From Klebsormidium nitens (lineage: Eukaryota; Plantae; Klebsormidiophyceae): 63,405 bases of DNA. Each line of letters opens with the position of its first letter. The stretch's first letter is position 1. The notes under the pieces were generated by a model. That model searched no databases. It was not told where the DNA came from and saw only the letters and a program-made list of their open reading frames with translations. The position numbers and the translations under genes were made by a program. This document shows positions 10,101 through 21,760 of this stretch, piece by piece. The stretch lies in contig DF237475.1 in the NCBI GenBank assembly GCA_000708835.1, positions 1 to 63,405 of the forward strand, given 5' to 3'.

Positions 10101-12024
10101 TTGGACTTATACACCCACTTGACATCATCTCCCTTGTTTGCAGGCGACGTATACTCTCAACTTTTCAAAAGGTGGGTTCCGATCCAAGCCCTGATACGCA
10201 CTTGCTCTCCTCGTCCGCATGGACTGATCGAATCTGCTATTGCCGGGGTACCACTTGTTGAATGCGTCTGCGTTTGCACTACTGGACACTTCTACAAACT
10301 TGCGCTCAATGGAAGTTTCCGCGATGCAGGATCTGGGGGCGTGGTCGCGCAATACTACCAATTCATCCGGCTTGGACACAAGGTGCGCCCGAACGACTCT
10401 GTCAACACTGCTTACAGGTCAAGCAGACGCGAAAATGAGACCGTCTGTTTATGATCGTGACCAGAACCTTGGAACAGCACTTGATCGCGATACACTCTGG
10501 CGCTTTACCCTCAGACTTGGCGTCTCTTTTCCTTCGGGAATAGAGGGAGCAAGCCTAAAAGTCACTCTGAATAGTCTGCGGATATTTCAGGCAACCGGAC
10601 CTTTGCAACCAGATGAACAGCATGTTCATTTTCGCTCCTGTAGGGGTTCAAGAAGATCATGGATAACTGCATCGCGAACTGTCGCTACCTGACCGAGCGC
10701 ATCGAGCAGGTGAGTACCTATATAGGACTCGGGCGATCTTGCGAGGCTGACATCACGCGTCTTTGCTCAAGTCATGATCTCCCTTTCTTGCATGTCCGAA
10801 GGCACGATAGATTCTGGGCTATATCCAGAAAGAACCAAGAAAGGTCTCCTTCTCAGCTTTGTTCCTTCGGGCTCTCTTTCGGGGAAACCCCGTTTTCACA
10901 GCCGTTTTCTCGCCAAAGCCTCTAGAAATGCAAGCGTGCCGTCTTTTCAGTGTTATCTCAAGACAGTTCCCTTTGACGTCCACTTCCAGCCGCCAGTCAG
11001 AGTTGACACCTCTCTATCCTATTCTTGAAGCGCCTCCGCTAAATCTGCAATTGAGCTGTCAAAGCCCTCACCATCATCCCCCCTGAATTTTGCACTCACC
11101 TCTTCCCCCAGCTGGGAGCCTTCGAGATCATCTCTTCCGCGGCAGACATTCCGGCCACTCCGCTCGTCGCGTTCCGCGTGAAGGACCCCAGCCGCTTCAA
11201 CGAGTACGACTTCGCGAAGAACCTGCGGCGCCACGGCTGGATCGTCCCGGCCTACTCGCTCCCTCCAACCGGGGACGGCCCGACCTGCACCGCACTCAGG
11301 GTCGTCGTCCGGGAGGACTTCTCCCGGGGGCTCGCCGACTGGCTGGTGCAAGACATGCAGACGCTCCTCGAGGAGCTCAACGGGTGAGGCTCATAGGCTG
11401 CGTCTTAACGTTGATGCTGTTCTGGATGTTAAGCCTGCGGTGTTAATAAGAAGGGTTGTGAATCTTCAATCATGTTACTGAATTTGGAAGTCGGTAGTCT
11501 GTCTTATGCTCGCGAAGGGCATCCTGAAACCGGGGCTTAGATTTTGGGTTCGATCTTTGGTGCTGTACGTTGCCCCCCTGCGTCAAACTTTTACGGACAG
11601 AACACGATTGTTGACTGCGTTCCGCAACCAGGCGTCCTTGTCACTGTTTTCCGTCGACTCTTTCCCATGCATCGTTTGGGACTTACTGCACACGGAGCCG
11701 GGATTTGTTACACGTGTTTTTCGGGCTTGCGCTGGAGTATTAAGCAGCAATGGGTTTCACAGACTTAGTATACTTCGAGGATTGCCGCTTTCATGAAATC
11801 CTGGTTCCGCTCGCAGGCTGCCCAGCAAGACGGCAATGCGCGCGGCGAAGCAGATTGAGAACATGGCGCTGAACGAGTCAGACACGCTTCAGATCTCAAA
11901 GGACGCGGTCCTGGAAGCACACAAGAAAGAGGGGCGCATGAAGGATGAAGACACTGACGGGGATGGACGGAGAGTCGAGAAGAAGGGATCACACGTGGTG
12001 AACAAAGAGAACCCGATTTGTTAG
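4131..12024 (+). CDS. GAD: Glutamate decarboxylase (PLP-dependent), 10 exons, about 528 aa from ATG 4131
   Basis: Exons 4131-4243, 6703-6907, 7586-7786, 8130-8344, 8889-9114, 10144-10171, 10330-10382, 10644-10709, 11112-11383 and 11817-12024. All introns are GT-AG and the exons total 1587 nt in frame. Motifs include [68 protein letters not shown] (PLP lysine), [17 protein letters not shown] and GWIVPAY. The start may lie further upstream, since the frame is open from ATG 3840. Confidence 0.96.
6150..6702 (+). repeat. Tandem degenerate copies (114-117 bp period) of the GAD intron-1/exon-2 junction
   Basis: The unit '...ccgtccgcag|gtacgccatc(t/g)cggagaacgag(c/t)tgggcaaggacg(c/t)ggcgtac' recurs with acceptors before 6190, 6472 and 6589, plus a partial copy at 6379-6420. 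The true acceptor precedes 6703. Confidence 0.95.
6227..6382. mobile_element. Short inverted-repeat (MITE-like) element, copy 1
   Basis: Ends ctcaagaaagataacattaa and ttattgttatctttctggag are near reverse complements. The core 6266-6323 matches 60796-60853 at 53/58 bases. Confidence 0.75.
8414..8606 (+). repeat. Degenerate 120-bp-period direct duplication in GAD intron 4
   Basis: tccttgaagagagcctac occurs at 8458-8475 and 8578-8595, and the flanks are also similar (acatg..tgtt.tgagca...cagca). Confidence 0.8.
9254..9751 (+). repeat. Two downstream copies of the GAD exon-5 3' end within intron 5
   Basis: The real exon end is gaggacctgctcttccacgtcaactacctcggatccgagcag|gtgcgt (ends 9114). Copy 9254-9300 is gagaacctgctcttccacgtcaactacctcggctccgagcag|gtgcgt. 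Copy about 9711-9751 is acgacctgctcttctacgtcaactactcgggctccgagcag|at. Confidence 0.93.
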
Positions 12025-13476
12025 AAAGTGGGCGGAGGTAATAGTGGGCGGTTTGAAACAGGTGATTTTATGCAGAGCACTACCCGAGTGATTGTAACAT
12101 TACCGAATTCGTTCGCCATTTTTGACTCAGCAGGGGCTTGAAAATTTCAGGCTAGGGGCGCGAGTTCGTCCATCCACCTTGGGTCGCATCTGCGGAGACT
12201 GATCGCGATGTTTGTATTCTTTGGGAAAGGTACCATTCTTGTAGGTAGTGACAAAAGAAGTCGTGGTACGTAAGGCTCGGGAAACTGTTTCGTAGGTATA
12301 GTCTATGGCCGATGTGGTAGGATTGGGTCACGCGCAATGCACTTGTACATGAAGAGATTTACAGCAGCCTGGTATGAAATTATGTCTGATAGTTTGCGCT
12401 AAACACACGTCTAATTGAAGGTGCGCGAGCTCGTTTATGTGTACAGATCAGTGACGCGTCCTCTCAATTGCTTCGGTTGGAGTCTACTTTGACTTGAATT
12501 ATGCCAATCATGGTGACTGCCAATTGGTAAAGAAGGTTCCTCAAAAGGAAAACCTCACACTCCATGCCGCGTGACCACATGTGCAATGAATAATTTTCCA
12601 TCATCCTGCAGCGAGCACTGGGGATAATTTGAGGACTCTTGAGAAAATCGCGCAGCCAGAAGAATTCGAAAAAGATTTTCATCCGACACTCTATGTGCGT
12701 GCCAAGAGATTGCAAATGTGCATGGCAACAGATGCAAACATCCGTAAAATCCCAGTTTGTGGTAGCGGAGTGTACGGAACGTAATAGACAAAAGTAATTG
12801 CACAAGTAGGTAGATGAAGCGGAAGAACACATATTGCCAGTGCAGCGTACCTTAACCGTTTGTAAACGTCTTTGAAGTAATCGTTCCGCGCGTCCGATTA
12901 CGTAGATCCCTACTGGGACTCAATCATGCCAGCTAGCCTATCGCTTAACTCGCATAAGCCTTCTTGGTTGGAACTTAATTGCATGCACACCAGGCTTCAC
13001 TTAATGCAAAAGCCTCTCATGCCTGAAATTTCATACGGCATTTTCTGTCTGATAAATACAATCTGCCAGATTGGCGCGGTCCACGCCACAGCCCGTTCAT
13101 TCGAGACGAAACTTAAGACACATTCTTATTGTCTTCTCTGCACCGATGAAGAAATAAAAGCCTTATGAGATGTGACATCCGGAAAGCACAGCCCGCAAAT
13201 CCTTCTTCTTAGGAAGCATACTGTTGTGCAGCGCTGTCTATCTTGTGGTACGAAACGTCAAAATCAATCTTTAGGTACTTCACGGAATAGGACGACAAAA
13301 GCGTTTGCACTTAGCAATAGGCGGCACCTCAAGCAGCATCCTGTCACGAATCCGTACCGCCCCACGCTTCTGCTGACTTCGACGAGCGTCTTTTGTACAT
13401 CTTAAAAGGCATCTGTCGTCAACATTCCGGCGGGACTTGCTAGACACGAGGGTTCTCACTAAGTTCGATCTCCTAG

Positions 13477-14297
13477 CTACAAAAACAACTCCAAAAGAGC
13501 CGTGTTGCTACCGATGTCACAGCCCAGAGGGCACCGATAGGCGTCTTTCTCCGCCTCATCGTCAGACTGCTCCTCGCCCCTCGTTTGGCGCGCTGCGGGA
13601 GTCGTAAAGTACGTTTCCAGGCACGACCGGCAGTAGATTGCGTGGCCGCAGCTGAGAGCCGCCTGCCGCGTATCGGGGCCCCACCTCCGGAAGCACATCT
13701 GGCACTCCCAGTCGGAAGCCGACGGTTCCTCCTGTACAAATTCGTAGGGTAGAGATTATAATTGTGGTTGACATATACAAGATCTGGGGTAGTCCGACGA
13801 AGGAGAACATGGCTTCCCCACGGCTTTGCGTTTGGATCGTAATCAGCTTCCCAAGGGGAAGCCCTCATCGGGCTTCGATGATGACGCAAAGGCTTCTTAC
13901 GTGTGTCCTTCGGTCGAAAGTTATGCTTATTCTCAAGGATTGCATCGTGAAATGTTGATCTGGGTTAGTCAGAACAGCGCATGAAATCGTTCTTCTTTCA
14001 ACCAGGAAGCGCCCTCCTTCTGCATCTACTTGGAACGAGATCCGCCCACCAGACATATTGTTGTCTTTTCAAAAGGCACATCGGCACTATACTGCGGAGC
14101 TTACCTGACGTCTCTCCCGAGTGCGCTCAGCCACGTGTTGGATCTCGCCAATCTCCTTGTCCAGATTCCGCCTCTCAGCTTTCAGGACTTCCAGATAGCC
14201 CGCCGCCTTATTCGACAAAGACGTCTTGACCCGCTTGCAGGCCTGACGATACGCGTCGGTCTCGTCGCGGAGCTTTTGTTCGTCCTCTTCCATCTCC
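13477..14297 (-). CDS. 3' exons of a coiled-coil plus C-terminal RING-HC finger protein (putative E3 ligase)
   Basis: Exons 14297-14105 (EMEEDEQKLRDETDAYRQACKRVK...ERRQ) and 13731-13477 (EEPSASDWECQMCFRRWGPDTRQAALSCGHAIYCRSCLE...YRCPLGC...LFL*) are phase-compatible. The Cys/His spacing is RING-like. A further upstream exon ends at 14851 (AAAAG|gtgagc). Confidence 0.8.
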
Positions 14298-14571
14298 CTG
14301 AGTAAAAAGTGGAAAACTTGTAAGCGCAGAGCTCACAAGCTGAAAGATACCGTTAAGCGCTACGAAAACCGATGGTTCTGCCTTCTTCAGATCAGCCTTG
14401 GCAAGGAAACACCAGGTGCACTCTTCACTTGAAAGAGGAAGTTAGTGCATGCGAATGTTAGCCCGCAGATAGCACTTGCTTAACCACATTAATGCAGAGT
14501 CCTGTTGCTGAAACGAAGCCTGCCAAATACGAGGCGGAATCTTGCAGGCACAGGGCACCTTGGGCCCGAAC

Positions 14572-14809
14572 AGGGCCGGACTCGGGCGGAGCCGGAGCTT
14601 CCGCTCCGGAAAAGCTGCGGACGAACCGGAACCACACCCCGGTTCAAGGCCTGTTCTTAGCGAACACGAACCGATTCTCGGCACTCGGAGATGGTTCTCG
14701 TGAACCGAGTTCTGTTTGCTGTGAACCGGCCTTAAACCGGGAACTAGCTCCTGTTTGTCCGCCACTTTTTCCGGAGCGGAAACTCCGGTTCCGCCCGGGT
14801 CCGGCTCCT
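14572..14809. mobile_element. MITE-like element with inverted repeats of about 45-55 bp, inside an intron of the RING gene
   Basis: Left end agggccggactcgggcggagccggagcttccgctccggaaaag; right end ctttttccggagcggaaactccggttccgcccgggtccggctcct. These are reverse complements with a few mismatches or indels. No clear target-site duplication. Confidence 0.8.
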
Positions 14810-17276
14810 TTAATTTCGGAGCCAAGGCACCCTGTGAGGGGCGCGCTCACCTTTTAAGGGTCGCCTTCGTGCTGTCACGACCTTGCGCCCCCGCACGAGG
14901 CTCGCTCAAGGAGTCTACCGGCGCACACCGCGCCCTCCTTTCAGAAGCGCATTTGCACACAGAGCAATTTATTCGTCAGAATTTCCAGCACCCGATAAGT
15001 TGTGTTCGTGCGCGCTGGCCCAAGAAGATCAAGCTCCTTGAAAGGAGAACAAGAAAGAGGAAAAGAAAGGCCGAAGAGGTAGTAGACCAGACAGCAGGAC
15101 ATAACACCAATAGTGGTTTCCTCCCAGGGGTTTAAACATGTTTGAACAGGAAAACGATACTTGTCAGTCGGCGCCAATGGGACGGTGCATGAACAAGGCG
15201 AGTCGACGCCAATTATCCTGGCCCCGTTCGCAACTTTGCAATTGGGGGCCCTGTAATTTAAGAAGGAATCATCATACGCTGCATAGAGTTTTTAAGAAAA
15301 AGTTTGATGTACTGCATATAAAAATAAGAAAAACATGCAAGAGTCCCTGAAAGGACATCTGGTTCAGGGAGCATCCAAAGAGCACGTAGTTGGGCCAACG
15401 TGCACGGCCAAGAAATCACCCCAATCATGCATAATATCATGAGCCGTTCCAGTCTTTTTGGTCCCTCAATATCTGCAGAAGCATGATGGAAGAGCAGCAG
15501 CCTGCATGCCAAGATAGAGTAGCACTCTCTTTAGTGCCTACCTACGCACCCTGCGCGCATGATAGTAAGATCGTTCCGGATCGAGGTCCTCCTCGCTTGC
15601 ATAGCTGCCAGAACCCCGCTCCATCAGTCACTGCTAATCTGGCAGCTTATCTCTGTGGGCTCTTCCGCATGACGCAGACTTTTTCTGATGGAGATGCTTC
15701 CTATCTCAAAGACGTTGTACCCCTTGTAAGATCAGTGCTCCTGAGTTGCTCATAGATTTGCTGCGCCGCTCAAGTTTTGGGCTCTGGTTCGCATGGCCCC
15801 CTCGTAGTGGGCTGGATGACTAAAGCAGCTCCTAAAGGCGTGATCTGGATAATTATAAGGAGAGGGGAAAGCGAGGGCGGCACTCAAGTCGACGGGAGCT
15901 TTATACAGATGAAGTGATTGCTGAACTCGTCTTTTGGCGCGCAGTGACAAGCCGCTCAAACCAGGCACGCATGCAATTACTTCGTCAAATGATTCCATTG
16001 ACAAATGACACAAAGAGAGAGTCGAAGACCATCTCTCCCAGTCACACGTGCAAGGGCCGCTTGTACCGTGACGCAACTCGACCCTTCGGCTGGCGTATGG
16101 CAGGAATTAGCGTTTTGGGCAGCGATTTTAGTGCCCATTTTTGTCTTGGTGTCAAAGAATTCTCCTGGTGTTTTTTGATTTCTTGTGATGACATACTGTA
16201 GTTGCTACACAGTTGCTGACGCATATACAGCAAATCCTGCGTCATGACTCAACAGGTGACGTCATAATCCGCACGTCCGACGGCAAAGTTGCGCGCAGCA
16301 GGGCCCTGAGTCTCGACTACGACAGTAGCATTGCACCTTGGCCTGTAGACGGGCTCATGTTACACAGACAGTTTAGTACTGTGAAGGGGTTGGGAGCGCT
16401 CGCCTCATCGGATATTGAACAGCTGAAGTTCTACCGTTGCAGAACGTCGCTCGCAATAGAAGCAAGGTGGGCGTAAGAACTCAGTGACCCAATTTTGCAG
16501 GTACCTGATTGTCAATACAAGGCCCTAGGCATTGAAGAAGGGGCCAGATTTGCTACGCTTGACGACAAATTTGGGAAGAATTCAGCAAGGCACGGATGCG
16601 CCCTTGATTCGATGTGCTGCTTCTGCTGACCTTGGAATGCACAGGACGTTCCTGTGCTCCTTCTGCTTGGAATCGCGCAGTTGCAGCTTGTCTCAAATTG
16701 CACGATGCATCTGCATCCGGCAATTCCCTACGTGCAGAGAGTTGATAGGCTAGTCAGACGTGGCTTTGCACTTTTCTCATGGCTTGCTAGACCGGCTCGC
16801 AGGCTGCCCAGCAAGACGCCGATGCGCAATATGGTTATCCACCACGTGTCCCTCTCTTTCGCGTCTCCAAAAACACCAGGCCAGGCCGCGAGATCGTGCA
16901 CCTTGTTTCACGCCTCCGTGAACTGGAGTCGGTGATTCCAATCAGAAAGGTGACGTCTTGTATAGGGGATACAAGTTTTTGATATAAGCAAGAGCTGAGA
17001 AAGCTTTCGAAGGGCAGTCGATGCACTGGGTCTAGTACGCGCGAAGCATTCGTACATGAAGAGCTTCATTTCTTGTTGATAAGAGGAATCGACAAGGACA
17101 CCACGTCGCTTCACTCCTCCTTCATTGCGAGTTCTTCTATATTGGTACCTTACAAAATTTGGTTCGTTCCTCTACATGCCAATTTAAATGTTGATTGAAT
17201 CCGTAAAGGGTATACCGTCATGAAAGAGTCCGGGATGCTTACTATATAAAGGTGTTATTAAAGGTGTTATGTTTAC

Positions 17277-20242
17277 CATTTGCATGCCGTGTAATGGTGT
17301 GGCCAATAATTGTAATCCGACGACATGCTTATCGGCCAGCATGTCGGCTTTGGTACTTTCCTTTTTTGGATCTGATAGTTGCCGCCTGACATAAATACCG
17401 TTACGCATCAACGTCTTGAGGAGATACCAAATTTGACGATGACAACGATCAGATGGTTACCATAAGAACTCGGATCTGAGCTCATGTGAAAGAGCTAGAA
17501 GAGAGTCGATCGGTCATTATTATGCTTCCACCAAGGCCGGACAACCTATCAAAAATGCTAAAGATTTGTAAGACTAATTGGACATGTCCAAGTACCAGTC
17601 AAGGAACTTGTCCGACTTGAGGACCCCAAACCTAGCAACGCAAGCTTCTCCCAGCAAAACTCCAAGTAAGAGGACGGCTTCCTCTTCCTGCAGGATAAAG
17701 AAACACCTGGTTCAGCAGACGAGTTTGACAAACGACCCAGAGATGTGATGTGACCAAGCAGCGCACCAAAGAAACCATAGTTGCAGAACGACGTCTCAAA
17801 CAACTGCTTATCGATTCAAACTTCAAGCATTTATCAGCAATACACTTCTAAATAATCGCAGGTCTGACGAGTAACTCACGTCCTGACGACTCGCATTGAA
17901 GACTAGAATCGAGAAAAGCCGTGTGAGGCATAGAATTCACCAGAGCTTCTTGGGAGCAGGTTTGGCTTGTCTCAAGCTCTCGTCGAATCTGCGTCAGCAG
18001 GGCCGCGGTCTCGTGCCAGCCGCTGACCCGCTCCAAAAGGTGCCCACCCGCGCCGCGTTGCGTCAGCAAGGGCGCCATCCGCGCGCGCGCGACCCAGCGG
18101 ATGACGTGCGCCTTCACCGAAACAAATAAATCCGTTATGACTCATCTGAAGGAAGACTCTAACGGACGTTCATTGGCAAGAACGAACTATGTATTGCTTC
18201 AATGCCACGGTATGTTGATGGAAGGAGAACCGCAGGCTATGGGATCACGATCCGAGGTTTGAGATCACCTTCGGCACAGCCTTTTGAACCGTCAGCAGAT
18301 TCTGCATGACCTTTTCGATCCTCAGACATCGCTAGCTAGAATGAAGATTGGGATTTCCGATTTATCTGTGTTTGTAAACCGGTAAATCCTTGAAATAGAA
18401 CGGCAGAAAACCTCTCCTGGACAACAGCGTTACTTGAGTTCGAAAACGAAGTCTTCGATCCTGCCTTACCGGTGGGGCATAGACTTGGAGGCTCTCCCCA
18501 GTCTTTCGCAGGTGCCCAAAGTGGAGTCTCCCCATTTCGTTCGTCAGACGCCTCTCGCCCGCGCGCAGCGCCTTGTCGAGCGCCGAACGGTCGTGCCCGC
18601 GGGGCGCCGAACCGCTCGCGAGCAAGGAAAAGTAATCCTCGTCCGCTCGAAGTGGTCTGCGGAACGGGACGAAACCGGAATAAGGACAAGTCAGGATGTG
18701 AGGTCTCACGTGCCGTAGTTGCGAGGAGAGTGCATGTCGCGCGCGATTGCTCGATTCGCCACTTATGTTGATATAGAAAAGTTGGCCCGACTGAGGAAAT
18801 GGTTGGGTGATCCCCAGAAGAGTCTTGGTTAAGAGCGTTTGGAGGTTTCAGACGGGAACGAATTGTGAACTCGGATCAAGATCAAGGGATTCAACGTTTA
18901 GAAGATGAAGTGGAACAACAGCTCGCAGATTGCCCAAGAGACGAATCGGTAAGAGATCGTAGAAAAAGTGAGAAGAGGGCACTCAAGAGCAAGCAGAAGA
19001 GCACAGAAGCTAAAGTGAAGGTTCTGAACAAGAATGGAGTGTCCACCGTTTTTTATTCCGAAGACGGGAGTAGCTGTGTGTGTGGAGAGCTCGTTCCCAG
19101 GTCAAAGAACACTCTGGAATTCGCAGTCGAATCCTGGATGGTCCACTGTTTGACATACTTTGGCGTTTTTGTAACTTAAGCTTGGACCGCGGGAAGAAAT
19201 CCGTTGAACGTACTTTGTGGAGATAAGCCCGAGAGATTCCACCCATGTTTCGTTAAGTCAAGCATAAGGTTTTTAGACGCCGGCTTTTTTGAATCTCGAA
19301 AATTGCAGAAAAGATCATTTACCTGTGCTGCAAGCAGAAGCGCAGCAGGTTCTTCTGACGACAGTCCAGCCTTCTGATGTGCTCGGCCGTCCCCGCGGCC
19401 AGTATGTTGGACAGCCCCCGGTAGACTTCACCGACGACTTCCTCCTTCCAGATGTTCTGCAGAACATGAAGATCTCCCTGAATTACAAGCCTTTCATCGA
19501 TCATAGTCATACGCGGCCATTTCCTCATGCTCTGAGCAAATCGCACAAGTGCTGCTCAGAGCGGGCCCATCACCGAAAGCAAAAAGTCGTTTTTGCTCAG
19601 CGGTGTAGATCAGCAGAGGAAGATGCTCGAAAGACTTTGTTCAGAAGCTTACCTTGCACAAGGCGATCGACAGCTTGTCGGCGGCCGCCTGCTTCGCCAA
19701 GCGTTCTACCTGGTGCCTCAGCCCGTGGAAATGGCTTTGCAGCCGGCTGAACTCTCTGTAGAGGCCGTTAGCCTCGAGCTGCTCATCGTCGGTGTAATAA
19801 TCCGGCGCAGACTCGGACCATGTTCCAGAATCCCCTGAAACAAAACGTTCAGCTTTTCAGGACAAAAAATGGCAAAGACGGAGGACGTTAGTCAGAAGAT
19901 TTTTGTCTTCTCTGCCCCTGCGTAGCGTACACCCAAGCGGATACGTGGAGTTAGAAACTTGCCCAACTCTCAGGAGAGCAAGCATGAGCAAGGCTGCATC
20001 TGCAACAGGCTCTACACTCTTCGAATCCTTCGCAGCTGATTGCATAGAAGCCCGAGAAAGCCACTAAATTCAGCTGACTTGCGAGTTACATCGCGTTGCA
20101 AAGTTGCACAAACGTGCTCAATTAAGGGAAGCTTACCCAGGCAACCTTTGGTGCTGTAGGGATTGCCGCTCGCCCACCAGTAGTCCTCTGCCACGTGCGC
20201 CCACGTGCCAGCCACCGCCGCCCTCTTTGTGAATGACGTCAT
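17277..20242 (-). CDS. Uncharacterised multi-exon protein, probably the 5' part of the RING gene
   Basis: Six consecutive phase-compatible exons: 19834-19710, 19531-19323, 18656-18470, 18111-17941, 17687-17596 (or -17632) and 17385-17277. Likely upstream exons lie at about 20035-19947 and 20242-20137 (ATG in tccaccATG context). No domain was recognised. The junction into 19834 and the link to 14851 were not resolved. Confidence 0.65.
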
Positions 20243-21238
20243 GGTGGACGCGAAGCGCAGCGCACGTCGCTTCTTAAGCGCTTCGACTCGAAAGAGAGGT
20301 CCGCACCTCAATGTGGAGCGCCGGAAGCGAGGAAAGTGTTTGAGGCGAAAGATAATAGTCGTGCAGTCCCAGAGGCGGGGGTGCTTTGAGTTTGTTCAAA
20401 GCTTGCTGGCGACGAGCTTTGTGAGTTTTGCAGCTCCTAATCTGGGCTGTATGCGTAGAGCGTCAGCTGACTTGCGAAGCTTTGGTGAACCGAATGAAGG
20501 GAGGAAGCTTTTATACTAGCCCCGCTCACATTCACAGAGTCAGATGGTGGAGCAGCTGCTGGACTCCAGCTCATCGTCACCGTGACGTCTCTTGGGAGCT
20601 GCTGACTCGTATTGTAGAGCTGCTCCGTGCTCCATCAGCAGACTTCATACTAGAGCAGAAAAGATGAGAATTCTAGCGTCAGCTGAGTCAACTTTAGGCC
20701 GGCCGGCGGCAACTTTCGTTTTGTAGGTCTTCCAGGGTTCATCTTGAGCGTACACGTGTCACCTTGGGGCTGTATAGCTGCCACGTACGCGTCGGCCTAG
20801 ACCATGTGGAAGCTTGACGCAATGATTCAGGATTAGTTGGCGTCAAAGCGCTACACTAGGTGCTCCAAACCTGCTAGGCTTACTCAGCTGAGTAACGGAA
20901 GCGTCGACAGCGGGATCGCAAAGTTGTTCAAAATGGCTCTTAATGAACGAAGTCCTCGACACCAGCTAAGATTGGCATGCGTGGAGCTGATGCAACTTAG
21001 ATTGTCATTTACGCCTCTGCATCGCTATCATATAATCACCTGCGAGTTGCGATCCATTGGTAAAGGATAGTACTGGGGGTTGGAACGTACATACTGCAGC
21101 TCATGATGTGCCCTTTGGCTGCTAACTCATCTCGGATGCTTGGCTTCCCAGGTGTTTCAGAAAATAGTCAAGGAAGGTCTACCTCTTCGTGACTCGGTCA
21201 GGTTGCGAAATTTGGGCCGTTCGATAAGCAACTTAAAG

Positions 21239-21760
21239 CTAGATGGACGGCTCGAGTCTGATATCGCTTTGACAGCTCAGAGTGCCTGTGGGCGCGCGGA
21301 GGTCGATAGTTAGATGATTGGGCCTCATGTGTGCGACCTTACAAATCATCCGCGTGAGCTGATATAGTCCGCTGCCATAGCGAAACTCCTGATAGTTTAC
21401 ATTCTTAAGCTCCAATTGAGGCACGTCGAGAATCAAGCTGCGTATCTTTGCTCTCAAGTATTCAAGATATGCGGATTGCGAAAATCAATCGGAGTTCGAT
21501 ACAGATACATCGAGTTCGACCTCAATCTCTTCCATACATAGAAGCATTTTCCTTGAGTAACTGTGACGAGATAGACAACATCGTAACATCCAGGGAAGCC
21601 ATTCTCCAAGAGACAACTTTCGTGGTCGACATCCGTGGGGTCCGTTACAACTAGCACATCAACGGTGTGATTGAGCGGCTCTCAAGCGAGCTTTGATACT
21701 CCTTTTAGAACACCAACTTCGTTGGGGCTGCCGCAGACGCTTCGAAGGATTCGGACATGA
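21239..21760 (-). pseudogene. Possible decayed coding remnant
   Basis: Protein-like ORFs 21657-21454 and 21457-21239 abut with a frame change, and there is an in-frame stop just upstream. No family was recognised, and an intron-containing gene is not excluded. Confidence 0.25.

Noticed and set aside
18865-19179. Lys/Glu-rich 104-aa plus-strand ORF
   Set aside because: It is the purine-rich antisense of a pyrimidine-rich intron of the minus-strand gene.
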